Shown here piece by piece: positions 23,560 to 38,500 of a stretch of DNA of 64,000 bases. Source of the stretch: Eledone cirrhosa. Its lineage: Eukaryota. Each line of letters starts with the position of its first letter. The first letter of the stretch is position 1. Below the pieces are notes generated by a model. It had not been told where the DNA came from, did not search any database, and saw nothing but the letters and a program-made list of their open reading frames with translations. The DNA lies in contig OZ024743.1 in the NCBI GenBank assembly GCA_964016885.1, forward strand, positions 321,284,001-321,348,000, written 5' to 3'. A program made the translations under genes and the position numbers.

Positions 23560-26500
23560 ATAATACAGCAGTCTAGTCCTAGTATCAGCTCTGTGACAGA
23601 GATGACACAGGACTGAGCTGATGGGGTGATATGTTATAATACAGAAGTCCAGTCCACTAGTACCAGCTCTGTGACAGAGATGACACAGGACTGAGCTGAC
23701 TGGTGATATGTTATAATACAGAAGTCCAGTCCACTAGTACCAGCTCTGTGACAGAGATGACACAGGACTGAGCTGACTGGTGATATGTTATAATACAGAA
23801 GTCCAGTACATTAGTACCAGCTCTGTGACAGAGATGACACAGGACTGAGCAGACTGGTGATATGTCACAATACAGAAGTCCAGTCCACTAGTACCAGCTC
23901 TGTGACAGAGATGACACAGGACTGAGCTGACTGGTGATATGTCACAATACAGAAGTCCAGTCCACTAGTACCAGCTCTGTGACGGAGATGACACAGGACT
24001 GAGCTGACTGGTGATATGTCACAATACAGAAGCCCAGTCCACTAGTACCAGCTCTGTGACAGAGATGACACAGGACTGAGCTGACTGGTCATATGTTATA
24101 ATACAGAAGTCCAGTCCACTAGTACCAGCTCTGTGAAAGAGATGACACAGGACTGAGCTGACTGGTCATATGTTATAATACAGAAGCCCAGTCCACTAGT
24201 ACCAGCTCTGTGACAGAGATGACACAGGACTGAGCTGACTGGTGATATGTCACAATACAGAAGTCCAGTACACTAGTACCAGCTCTGTGACAGAGATGAC
24301 ACAGAACTGAGTTGACTGGTGATATGTCACAATACAGAAGTCCAGTCCACTAGTACCAGCTCTGTGACAGAAATGACAAAGGACTGAGCTGACTGGTGAT
24401 ATGTGACAATACAGAAGTCCAGTACACTAGTACCAGCTCTGTGACAGAGATGACACAGGACTGAGCTGACGGGTGGTATGTCACAATACAGAAGTCCAGT
24501 CCACTAGTACCAGCTCTGTGACAGAGATGACACAGGACTGAGCTGACTGGTCATATGTTATAATACAGAAGTCCAGTCCACTAGTACCAGCTCTGTGACA
24601 GAGATGACACAGGACTGAGCTGACTGGTCATATGTTATAATACAGAAGTCCAGTCCACTAGTACCAGCTCTGTGACAGAGATGACACAGGACTGAGCTGA
24701 CTGGTGATATGTTATAATACAGAAGTCCAGTCCACTAGTACCAGCTCTGTAAAAGAGATGACACAGAACTGAGCTGACTGGTGATATGTCACAATACAGA
24801 AGTCCAGTCCACTAGTACCAGCTCTGTGACAGAGATGACACAGGACTGAGCTGACTGGTGATATGTTATAATACAGAAGTCCAGTCCACTAGTACCAGCT
24901 CTGTGACAGAGATGACACAGGACTGAGCTGACTGGTGATATGTTATAATACAGAAGTCCAGTCCACTAGTACCAGCTCTGTGTCATAATATATGACACAG
25001 GACTGAGATGAGTAGTGATATGTTATAATACAGAAGCCCAGTCCACTAGTACCAGCTCTGTGACAGAGATGACACAGGACTGAGCTGACTGGTGATATGT
25101 CACAATACAGAAGTCCAGTCCACTAGTACCAGCTCTGTGACAGAGATGACACAGGACTGAGCTGATTGGTCTTATGTTATAATACAGAAGTCCAGTCCAC
25201 TAGTACCAGCTCTGAGACAGAGATGACACAGGACTGAGCTGACTGGTGATATCTTATAATACAGAAGCCCAGGCAATTAGTACCAGCTCTGTGACATAAT
25301 ATATGACACAGGACTGTGATGAGTAGTGATATGTTATAATACAGAAGTCCAGTACACTAGTACCAGCTCTGTGACAGAGATGACACAGGACTGAGCTGAC
25401 TGGTGATATGTCACAATACAGAAGTCCAGTCCACTAGTACCAGCTCTGTGACAGAGATGACACGGGACTGAGCTGACTGGTCATATGTTATAATACAGAA
25501 GCCCAGTCCACTAGTACCAGCTCTGTGACAGAGATGACACAGGACTGAGCTGACTGGTGATATGTCACAATACAGAAGTCCAGTCCACTAGTACCAGCTC
25601 TGTGACAGAGATGACACAGGACTGATCTGACTGGTGATATGTCACAATACAGAAGTCCAGTCCACTAGTACCAGCTCTGTGACAGAGATGACACAGGACT
25701 GAGCTGACTGGTAATATGTCACAATACAGAAGCCCAGTCCACTAGTACCAGTTCTGTGACAGAGATGACACAGGACTGAGCTGACTGGTCATATGTTATA
25801 ATACAGAAGTCCAGTCCACTAGTACCAGCTCTGTGACAGAGATGACACAGGACTGAGCTGACTGGTGATATGTCACAATACAGAAGTCCAGTCCACTAGT
25901 ACCAGCTCTGTGACAGAGATGACACAGGACTGAGCTGACTGGTCACATGTTATAATACAGAAGCCCAGTCCACTAGTACCAGCTCTGTGACAGAGATGAC
26001 ACAGGACTGAGCTGACTGGTGATATGTCACAATACAGAAGTCCAGTCCACTAGTACCAGCTCTGTGACAGAGATGACACAGGACTGATCTGACTGGTGAT
26101 ATGTCACAATACAGAAGTCCAGTCCACTAGTACCAGCTCTGTGACAGAGATGACACAGGACTGAGCTGACTGGTGATATGTCACAATACAGAAGCCCAGT
26201 CCACTAGTACCAGTTCTGTGACAGAGATGACACAGGACTGAGCTGACTGGTCATATGTTATAATACAGAAGTCCAGTCCACTAGTACCAGCTCTGTGACA
26301 GAGATGACACAGGACTGAGCTGACTGGTGATATGTCACAATACAGAAGTCCAGTACACTAGTACCAGCTCTGTGACCGAAATGACAAAGGAGTGAGCTGA
26401 CTGGTGATATGTCACAATACAGAAGTCCAGTACACTAGTACCAGCTCTGTGACAGAGATGACACAGGACTGAGCTGACGGGTGATATGTCACAATACAGA

Positions 26501-29500
26501 AGTCCAGTCCACTAGTACCAGCTCTGTGACAGAGATGACACAGGACTGAGCTGACTGGTCATATGTTATAATACAGAAGTCCAGTCCACTAGTACCAGCT
26601 CTGTGACAGAGATGACACAGGACTGAGCTGACTGGTGATATGTTATAATACAGAAGTCCAGTCCACTAGTACCAGCTCTGTAACAGAGATGACACAGGAC
26701 TGAGCTGACTGGTGATATGTTATAATACAGAAGTCCAGTCCACTAGTACCAGCTCTGTGACAGAGATGACACAGGACTGAGCTGACTGGTGATATGTTAT
26801 AATACAGAAGTCCAGTCCACTAGTACCAGATCTGTGTCATAATATATGACACAGGACTGAGATGAGTAGTGATATGTTATAATACAGAAGCCCAGTCCAC
26901 TAGTACCAGCTCTGTGACAGAGATGACACAGGACTGAGCTGACTGGTGATATGTCACAATACAGAAGTCCAGTCCACTAGTACCAGCTCTATGACAGAGA
27001 TGACACAGGACTGAGCTGACTGGTCTTATGTTATAATACAGAAGTCCAGTCCACTAGTACCAGCTCTGTGACAGAGATGACACAGGACTGAGCTGACTGG
27101 TGATATGTTATAATACAGAAGCCCAGGCAATTAGTACCAGCTCTGTGACATAATATATGACACAGGACTGAGATGAGTAGTGATATGTTATAATACAGAA
27201 GTCCAGTCCACTAGTACCAGCTCTGTGACAGAGATGACACAGGACTGAGCTGACTGGTGATATGTTATAATACAGAAGTCCAGTCCACTAGTACCAGCTC
27301 TGTGTCATAATATATGACACAGGACTGAGATGAGTAGTGATATGTTATAATACAGAAGCCCAGTCCACTAGTACCAGCTCTGTGACAGAGATGACACAGG
27401 ACTGAGCTGACTGGTGATATGTCACAATACAGAAGTCCAGTCCACTAGTACCAGCTCTGTGACAGAGATGACACAGGACTGATCTGACTGGTGATATGTC
27501 ACAATACAGAAGTCCAGTCCACTAGTACCAGCTCTGTGACAGAGATGACACAGGACTGAGCTGACTGGTGATATGTCACAATACAGAAGCCCAGTCCACT
27601 AGTACCAGTTCTGTGACAGAGATGACACAGGACTGAGCTGACTGGTGATATGTCACAATACAGAAGTCCAGTCCACTAGTACCAGCTCTGTGACAGAGAT
27701 GACACAGGACTGAGCTGACTGGTGATATGTCACAATACAGAAGTCCAGTCCACTAGTACCAGCTCTGTGACAGAGATGACACAGGACTGAGCTGACTGGT
27801 GATATGTCACAATACAGAAGTCCAGTACACTAGTACCAGCTCTGTGACAGAAATGACAAAGGACTGAGCTGACTGGTGATATGCCACAATACAGAAGTCC
27901 AGTCCACTAGTACCAGCTCTGTGACAGAGATGACACAGGACTGAGCTGACTGGTAATATGTCACAATACAGAAGCCCAGTCCACTAGTACCAGTTCTGTG
28001 ACAGAGATGACACAGGACTGAGCTGACTGGTCATATGTTATAATACAGAAGTCCAGTCCACTAGTACCAGCTCTGTGACAGAGATGACACAGGACTGAGC
28101 TGACTGGTGATATGTCACAATACAGAAGTCCAGTCCACTAGTACCAGCTCTGTGACAGAGATGACACAGGACTGAGCTGACTGGTCACATGTTATAATAC
28201 AGAAGCCCAGTCCACTAGTACCAGCTCTGTGACAGAGATGACACAGGACTGAGCTGACTGGTGATATGTCACAATACAGAAGTCCAGTCCACTAGTACCA
28301 GCTCTGTGACAGAGATGACACAGGACTGATCTGACTGGTGATATGTCACAATACAGAAGTCCAGTCCACTAGTACCAGCTCTGTGACAGAGATGACACAG
28401 GACTGAGCTGACTGGTGATATGTCACAATACAGAAGCCCAGTCCACTAGTACCAGTTCTGTGACAGAGATGACACAGGACTGAGCTGACTGGTCATATGT
28501 TATAATACAGAAGTCCAGTCCACTAGTACCAGCTCTGTGACAGAGATGACACAGGACTGAGCTGACTGGTGATATGTCACAATACAGAAGTCCAGTACAC
28601 TAGTACCAGCTCTGTGACCGAAATGACAAAGGAGTGAGCTGACTGGTGATATGTCACAATACAGAAGTCCAGTACACTAGTACCAGCTCTGTGACAGAGA
28701 TGACACAGGACTGAGCTGACGGGTGATATGTCACAATACAGAAGTCCAGTCCACTAGTACCAGCTCTGTGACAGAGATGACACAGGACTGAGCTGACTGG
28801 TCATATGTTATAATACAGAAGTCCAGTCCACTAGTACCAGCTCTGTGACAGAGATGACACAGGACTGAGCTGACTGGTGATATGTTATAATACAGAAGTC
28901 CAGTCCACTAGTACCAGCTCTGTAACAGAGATGACACAGGACTGAGCTGACTGGTGATATGTTATAATACAGAAGTCCAGTCCACTAGTACCAGCTCTGT
29001 GACAGAGATGACACAGGACTGAGCTGACTGGTGATATGTTATAATACAGAAGTCCAGTCCACTAGTACCAGATCTGTGTCATAATATATGACACAGGACT
29101 GAGATGAGTAGTGATATGTTATAATACAGAAGCCCAGTCCACTAGTACCAGCTCTGTGACAGAGATGACACAGGACTGAGCTGACTGGTGATATGTCACA
29201 ATACAGAAGTCCAGTCCACTAGTACCAGCTCTATGACAGAGATGACACAGGACTGAGCTGACTGGTCTTATGTTATAATACAGAAGTCCAGTCCACTAGT
29301 ACCAGCTCTGTGACAGAGATGACACAGGACTGAGCTGACTGGTGATATGTTATAATACAGAAGCCCAGGCAATTAGTACCAGCTCTGTGACATAATATAT
29401 GACACATGACTGAGATGAGTAGTGATATGTTATAATACAGAAGTCCAGTCCACTAGTACCAGCTCTGTGACAGAGATGACACAGGACTGAGCTGACTGGT

Positions 29501-32500
29501 GATATGTTATAATACAGAAGTCCAGTCCACTAGTACCAGCTCTGTGTCATAATATATGACACAGGACTGAGATGAGTAGTGATATGTTATAATACAGAAG
29601 CCCAGTCCACTAGTACCAGCTCTGTGACAGAGATGACACAGGACTGAGCTGACTGGTGATATGTCACAATACAGAAGTCCAGTCCACTAGTACCAGCTCT
29701 GTGACAGAGATGACACAGGACTGATCTGACTGGTGATATGTCACAATACAGAAGTCCAGTCCACTAGTACCAGCTCTGTGACAGAGATGACACAGGACTG
29801 AGCTGACTGGTGATATGTCACAATACAGAAGCCCAGTCCACTAGTACCAGTTCTGTGACAGAGATGACACAGGACTGAGCTGACTGGTGATATGTCACAA
29901 TACAGAAGTCCAGTCCACTAGTACCAGCTCTGTGACAGAGATGACACAGGACTGAGCTGACTGGTGATATGTCACAATACAGAAGTCCAGTCCACTAGTA
30001 CCAGCTCTGTGACAGAGATGACACAGGACTGAGCTGACTGGTGATATGTCACAATACAGAAGTCCAGTACACTAGTACCAGCTCTGTGACAGAAATGACA
30101 AAGGACTGAGCTGACTGGTGATATGCCACAATACAGAAGTCCAGTACACTAGTACCAGCTATGTGACAGAGATGACACAGGACTGAGCTGACGGGTGATA
30201 TGTCACAATACAGAAGTCCAGTCCACTAGTACCAGCTCTGTGACAGAGATGACACAGGACTGAGTTGACTGGTTATATGTTATAATACAGAAGTCCAGTC
30301 CACTAGTACCAGCTCTGTGACAGAGATGACACAGGACTGAGCTGACTGGTCATATGTTATAATACAGAAGTCCAGTCCACTAGTACCAGCTCTGTAACAG
30401 AGATGACACAGGACTGAGCTGACTGGTGATATGTTATAATACAGAAGTCCAGTCCACTAGTACCAGCTCTGTGACAGAGATGACACAGGACTGAGCTGAC
30501 TGGTGATATGTTATAATACAGAAGTCCAGTCCACTAGTACCAGATCTGTGTCATAATATATGACACAGGACTGAGATGAGTAGTGATATGTTATAATACA
30601 GAAGCCCAGTCCACTAGTACCAGCTCTGTGACAGAGATGACACAGGACTGACCTGACTGGTGATATGTCACAATACAGAAGTCCAGTCCACTAGTACCAG
30701 CTCTATGACAGAGATGACACAGGACTGAGCTGACTGGTCTTATGTTATAATACAGAAGTCCAGTCCACTAGTACCAGCTCTGTGACAGAGATGACACAGG
30801 ACTGAGCTGACTGGTGATATGTTATAATACAGAAGCCCAGGCAATTAGTACCAGCTCTGTGACATAATATATGACACAGGACTGAGATGAGTAGTGATAT
30901 GTTATAATACAGAAGTCCAGTCCACTAGTACCAGCTCTGTGACAGAGATGACACAGGACTGAGCTGACTGGTGATATGTCACAATACAGAAGTCCAGTCC
31001 ACTAGTACCAGCTCTGTGACAGAGATGACACAGGACTGAGCTGACTGGTGATATGTTATAATACAGAAGTCCAGTCCACTAGTACCAGCTCTGTAACAGA
31101 GATGACACAGGACTGAGCTGACTGGTGATATGTTATAATACAGAAGTCCAGTCCACTAGTACCAGCTCTGTGACAGAGATGACACAGGACTGAGCTGACT
31201 GGTGATATGTTATAATACAGAAGTCCAGTCCACTAGTACCAGATCTGTGTCATAATATATGACACAGGACTGAGATGAGTAGTGATATGTTATAATACAG
31301 AATTCCAGTACACTAGTACCAGCTCTGTGACAGAGATGACACAGGACTGAGCTGACTGGTGATATGTCACAATACCGAAGTCCAGTCCACTAGTACCAGC
31401 TCTGTGACAGAGATGACACAGGACTGAGCTGACTGGTCATATGTTATAATACAGAAGCCCAGTCCACTAGTACCAGCTCTATGACAGACATGACACAGGA
31501 CTGAGCTGACTGGTCTTATGTTATAATACAGAAGTCCAGTCCACTAGTACCAGCTCTGTGACAGAGATGACACAGGACTGAGCTGACTGGTGATATGTTA
31601 TAATACAGAAGCCCAGGCAATTAGTACCAGCTCTGTGACATAATATATGACACAGGGCTGAGAGGAGTAGTGATATGTTATAATACAGAATTCCAGTACA
31701 CTAGTACCAGCTCTGTGACAGAGATGACACAGGACTGAGCTGACTGGTGATATGTCACAATACCGAAGTCCAGTCCACTAGTACCAGCTCTGTGACAGAG
31801 ATGACACAGGACTGAGCTGACTGGTCATATGTTATAATACAGAAGCCCAGTCCACTAGTACCAGCTCTGTGACAGAGATGACACAGGACTGAGCTGACTG
31901 GTGATATGTCACAATACAGAAGTCCAGTCCACTGGTACCAGCTCTGTGACAGAGATGACACAGGACTGAGCTGACTGGTGATATGTCACAATACAGAAGT
32001 CCAGTCCACTAGTACCAGCTCTGTGACAGAGATCACACAGAACTGAGCTGACTGGTGATATGTCACAATACAGAAGCCCAGTCCACTAGTACCAGCTCTG
32101 TGACAGAGATGACACAGGACTGAGCTGACTGGTCATATGTTATAATACAGAAGTCCAGTCCACTGGTACCAGCTCTGTGACAGAGATGACACAGGACTGA
32201 GCTGACTGGTGATATGTCACAATACAGAAGTCCAGTCAACTAGTACCAGCTCTGTGACAGAGATGACACAGAACTGAGCTGACTGGTCATATGTTATAAT
32301 ACAGAAGTCCAGTCCACTAGTACCAGCTCTGTAACAGAGATGACACAGGACTGAGCTGACTGGTGATATGTCACAATACAGAAGTCCAGTACACTAGTAC
32401 CAGCTCTGTGACAGAGATGACACAGGACTGAGCTGACGGGTGATATGTCACAATACAGAAGTCCAGTCCACTAGTACCAGCTCTGTGACAGAGATGACAC

Positions 32501-35500
32501 AGGACTGAGCTGACTGGTCATATGTTATAATACAGAAGTCCAGTCCACTAGTACCAGCTCTGTGACAGAGATGACACAGGACTGAGCTGACTGGTGATAT
32601 GTTATAATACAGAAGTCCAGTCCACTAGTACCAGCTCTGTAACAGAGATGACACAGGACTGAGCTGACTGGTGATATGTTATAATACAGAAGTCCAGTCC
32701 ACTAGTACCAGCTCTGTGACAGAGATGACACAGGACTGAGCTGACTGGTGATATGTTATAATACAGAAGTCCAGTCCACTAGTACCAGATCTGTGTCATA
32801 ATATATGACACAGGACTGAGATGAGTAGTGATATGTTATAATACAGAAGCCCAGTCCACTAGTACCAGCTCTGTGACAGAGATGACACAGGACTGAGCTG
32901 ACTGGTGATATGTCACAATACAGAAGTCCAGTCCACTAGTACCAGCTCTATGACAGAGATGACACAGGACTGAGCTGACTGGTCTTATGTTATAATACAG
33001 AAGTCCAGTCCACTAGTACCAGCTCTGTGACAGAGATGACACAGGACTGAGCTGACTGGTGATATGTTATAATACAGAAGCCCAGGCAATTACTACCAGC
33101 TCTGTGACATAATATATGACACAGGACTGAGATGAGTAGTGATATGTTATAATACAGAAGTCCAGTCCACTAGTACCAGCTCTGTGACAGAGATGACACA
33201 GGACTGAGCTGACTGGTGATATGTTATAATACAGAAGTCCAGTCCACTAGTACCAGCTCTGTGTCATAATATATGACACAGGACTGAGATGAGTAGTGAT
33301 ATGTTATAATACAGAAGCCCAGTCCACTAGTACCAGCTCTGTGACAGAGATGACACAGGACTGAGCTGACTGGTGATATGTCACAATACAGAAGTCCAGT
33401 CCACTAGTACCAGCTCTGTGACAGAGATGACACAGGACTGATCTGACTGGTGATATGTCACAATACAGAAGTCCAGTCCACTAGTACCAGCTCTGTGACA
33501 GAGATGACACAGGACTGAGCTGACTGGTGATATGTCACAATACAGAAGCCCAGTCCACTAGTACCAGTTCTGTGACAGAGATGACACAGGACTGAGCTGA
33601 CTGGTCATATGTTATAATACAGAAGTCCAGTCCACTAGTACCAGCTCTGTGACAGAGATGACACAGGACTGAGCTGACTGGTGATATGTCACAATACAGA
33701 AGTCCAGTCCACTAGTACCAGCTCTGTGACAGAGATGACACAGGACTGAGCTGACTGGTGATATGTCACAATACAGAAGTCCAGTCCACTAGTACCAGCT
33801 CTGTGACAGAGATGACACAGGACTGAGCTGACTGGTGATATGTCACAATACAGAAGTCCAGTCCACTAGTACCAGCTCTGTGACAGAGATGACACAGGAC
33901 TGAGCTGACTGGTGATATGTCACAATACAGAAGTCCAGTACACTAGTACCAGCTCTGTGACAGAAATGACAAAGGACTGAGCTGACTGGTGATATGCCAC
34001 AATACAGAAGTCCAGTACACTAGTACCAGCTCTGTGACAGAGATGACACAGGACTGAGCTGACGGGTGATATGTCACAATACAGAAGTCCAGTCCACTAG
34101 TACCAGCTCTGTGACAGAGATGACACAGGACTGAGTTGACTGGTTATATGTTATAATACAGAAGTCCAGTCCACTAGTACCAGCTCTGTGACAGAGATGA
34201 CACAGGACTGAGCTGACTGGTCATATGTTATAATACAGAAGTCCAGTCCACTAGTAACAGCTCTGTGACAGATATGACACAGGACTGAGCTGACTGGTGA
34301 TATGTTATAATACAGAAGTCCAGTCCACTAGTACCAGCTCTGTGACAGAGATGACACAGGACTGAGCTGACTGGTGATATGTTATAATACAGAAGTCCAG
34401 TCCACTAGTACCAGATCTGTGTCATAATATATGACACAGGACTGAGATGAGTAGTGATATGTTATAATACAGAAGCCCAGTCCACTAGTACCAGCTCTGT
34501 GACAGAGATGACACAGGACTGAGCTGACTGGTGATATGTCACAATACAGAAGTCCAGTCCACTAGTACCAGCTCTATGACAGACATGACACAGGACTGAG
34601 CTGACTGGTCTTATCTTATAATACAGAAGTCCAGTCCACTAGTACCAGCTCTGTGACAGAGATGACACAGGACTGAGCTGACTGGTGATATGTTATAATA
34701 CAGAAGCCCAGGCAATTAGTACCAGCTCTGTGACATAATATATGACACAGGGCTGAGAGGAGTAGTGATATGTTATAATACAGAATTCCAGTACACTAGT
34801 ACCAGCTCTGTGACAGAGATGACACAGGACTGAGCTGACTGGTGATATGTCACAATACAGAAGTCCAGTCCACTAGTACCAGCTCTGTGACAGAGATGAC
34901 ACAGGACTGAGCTGACTGGTCATATGTTATAATACAGAAGCCCAGTCCACTAGTACCAGCTCTGTGACAGAGATGACACAGGACTGAGCTGACTGGTGAT
35001 ATGTCACAATACAGAAGTCCAGTCCACTGGTACCAGCTCTGTGACAGAGATGACACAGGACTGAGCTGACTGGTGATATGTCACAATACAGAAGTCCAGT
35101 CCACTAGTACCAGCTCTGTGACAGAGATCACACAGAACTGAGCTGACTGGTGATATGTCACAATACAGAAGCCCAGTCCACTAGTACCAGCTCTGTGACA
35201 GAGATGACACAGGACTGAGCTGACTGGTCATATGTTATAATACAGAAGTCCAGTCCACTGGTACCAGCTCTGTGACAGAGATGACACAGGACTGAGCTGA
35301 CTGGGGATATGTCACAATACAGAAGTCCAGTCAACTAGTACCAGCTCTGTGACAGAGATGACACAGAACTGAGCTGACTGGTCATATGTTATAATACAGA
35401 AGTCCAGTCCACTAGTACCAGCTCTGTAACAGAGATGACACAGGACTGAGCTGACTGGTGATATGTCACAATACAGAGGTCCAGTCCACTAGTACCAGCT

Positions 35501-38500
35501 CTGTGACAGAGATGACACAGAACTGAGCTCACTGGTGATATGTCACAATACAGAAGTCCAGTCCACTAGTACCAGCTCTGTGACAGAGATGACACAGAAC
35601 TGAGCTGACTGGTGATATGTTATAATACAGAAGCCCAGTACACTAGTACCAGCTCTGTGACAGAGATGACACAGGACTGAGCTGACTGGTGATATGTTAT
35701 AATACAGAAGTCCAGTACACTAGTACCAGCTCTGTGACAGAGATGACACAGGACTGAGCTGACTGGTCATATGTTATAATACAGAAGTCCAGTACACTAG
35801 TACCAGCTCTGTGACAGAGATGACACATGACTGAGCTGACTGGTGATATGTTATAATACAGAAGTCCAGTACACTAGTACCAGCTCTGTGACAGAGATGA
35901 CACAGGACTGAGCTGACTCGTGATATGTCACAATACAGAAGTCCAGTCCACTAGTACCAGCTCTGTGACAGAGATGACACAGGACTGAGCTGACTGGTGA
36001 TATGTTATAATACAGAAGTCCAGTCCACTAGTACCAGCTCTGTGACAGAGATGACACAGGACTGAGCTGACTGGTGATATGTCACAATACAGAAGTCCAG
36101 TCCACTAGTACCAGCTCTGTGACAGAGATGACACAGGACTGAGCTGACTGGTCATATGTTATAATACAGAAGTCCAGTCCATTAGTACCAGCTCTGTGAC
36201 AGGGATGACACAGGACTGAGCTGACTGGTGATATGTTATAATACAGAAGCCCAGTCCACTAGTACCAGCTCTGTGACAGAGATGACACAGGACTGAGCAG
36301 ACTGGTGATATGTCACAATACAGAAGTCCAGTCCACTAGTACCAGCTCTGTGTCGTAATATATGACACAGGACTGAGATGAGTAGTGATATGTTATAATA
36401 CAGAAGCCCAGTCCACTAGTACCAGCTCTGTAACAGAGATGAGACAGGACTGAGCTGACTGGTGATATGTCACAATACAGAAGTCCAGTACACTAGTACC
36501 AGCTCTGTGACAGAGATGACACAGGACTGAGCTGACTGGTGATATGTTATAATACAGAAGTCCAGTACACTAGTACCAGCTCTGTGACAGAGATGACACA
36601 GGACTGAGCTGACTGGTGATATGTTATAATACAGAAGTCCAGTACACTAGTACCAGCTCTGTGACAGAGATGACACAGGACTGAGCTGACTGGTGATATG
36701 TTATAATACAGAAGTCCAGTCCACTAGTACCAGCTCTGTGACAGAGATGACACAGGACTGAGCTGACTGGTGATATGCCACAATACAGAAGTCCAGTCCA
36801 CTAGTACCAGCTCTGTGACAGAGATGACACAGGACTGAGCTGACTGGTCATATGTTATAATACAGAAGCCCAGTCCACTAGTACCAGCTCTGTGACAGAG
36901 ATGACACAGGACTGAGCTGACTGGTGATATGTCACAATACAGAAGTCCAGTCCACTAGTACCAGCTCTGTGACAGAGATGACACAGGACTGATCTGACTG
37001 GTGATATGTCACAATACAGAAGTCCAGTCCACTATTACCAGCTCTGTGACAGAGATGACACAGGACTGAGCTGACTGGTGATATGTCACAATACAGAAGT
37101 CCAGTCCACTAGTACCAGTTCTGTGACAGAGATGACACAGGACTGAGCTGACTGGTCATATGTTATAATACAGAAGTCCAGTCCACTAGTACCAGCTCTG
37201 TGACAGAGATGACACAGGACTGAGCTGACTGGTGATATGTCACAATACAGAAGTCCAGTCCACTAGTACCAGCTCTGTGACAGAGATGACACAGGACTGA
37301 GCTGACTGGTGATATGTCACAATACAGAAGTCCAGTCCACTAGTACCAGCTCTGTGACAGAGATGACACAGGACTGAGCTGACTGGTGATATGTCACAAT
37401 ACAGAAGTCCAGTCCACTAGTACCAGCTCTGTGACAGAGATGACACAGGACTGAGCTGACTGGTGATATGTCACAATACAGAAGTCCAGTACACTAGTAC
37501 CAGCTCTGTGACAGAAATGACAAAGGACTGAGCTGACTGGTGATATGTCACAATACAGAAGTCCAGTACACTAGTACCAGCTCTGTGACAGAGATGACAC
37601 AGGACTGAGCTGACGGGTGATATGTCACAATACAGAAGTCCAGTCCACTAGTACCAACTCTGTGACAGAGATGACACAGGACTGAGCTGACTGGTTATAT
37701 GTTATAATACAGAAGTCCAGTCCACTAGTACCAGCTCTGTGACAGAGATGACACAGGACTGAGCTGACTGGTCATATGTTATAATACAGAAGTCCAGTCC
37801 ACTAGTACCAGCTCTGTGACAGAGATGACACAGGACTGAGCTGACTGGTGATATGTTATAATACAGAAGTCCAGTCCACTAGTACCAGCTCTGTAACAGA
37901 GATGACACAGGACTGAGCTGACTGGTGATATGTTATAATACAGAAGTCCAGTCCACTAGTACCAGCTCTGTGACAGAGATGACACAGGACTGAGCTCACT
38001 GGTGATATGTTATAATACAGAAGTCCAGTCCACTAGTACCAGATCTGTGTCATAATATATGACACAGGACTGAGATGAGTAGTGATATGTTATAATACAG
38101 AAGCCCAGTCCACTAGTACCAGCTCTGTGACAGAGATGACACAGGACTGAGCTGACTGGTGATATGTCACAATACAGAAGTCCAGTCCACTAGTACCAGC
38201 TCTATGACAGAGATGACACAGGACTGAGCTGACTGGTCTTATGTTATAATACAGAAGTCCAGTCCACTAGTACCAGCTCTGTGACAGAGATGACACAGGA
38301 CTGAGCTGACTGGTGATATGTTATAATACAGAAGCCCAGTCCACTAGTACCAGCTCTGTGACAGAGATGACACAGGACTGAGCTGACTGGTGATATGTCA
38401 CAATACAGAAGTCCAGTCCACTAGTACCAGCTCTGTGACAGAGATGTCACAGGACTGATCTGACTGGTGATATGTCACAATACAGAAGTCCAGTCCACTA

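Noticed and set aside
31755-35056. 68-aa ORFs within the satellite
   Set aside because: They are chance openings caused by a TAG-removing variant; 77 is not a multiple of 3 and stops recur throughout.
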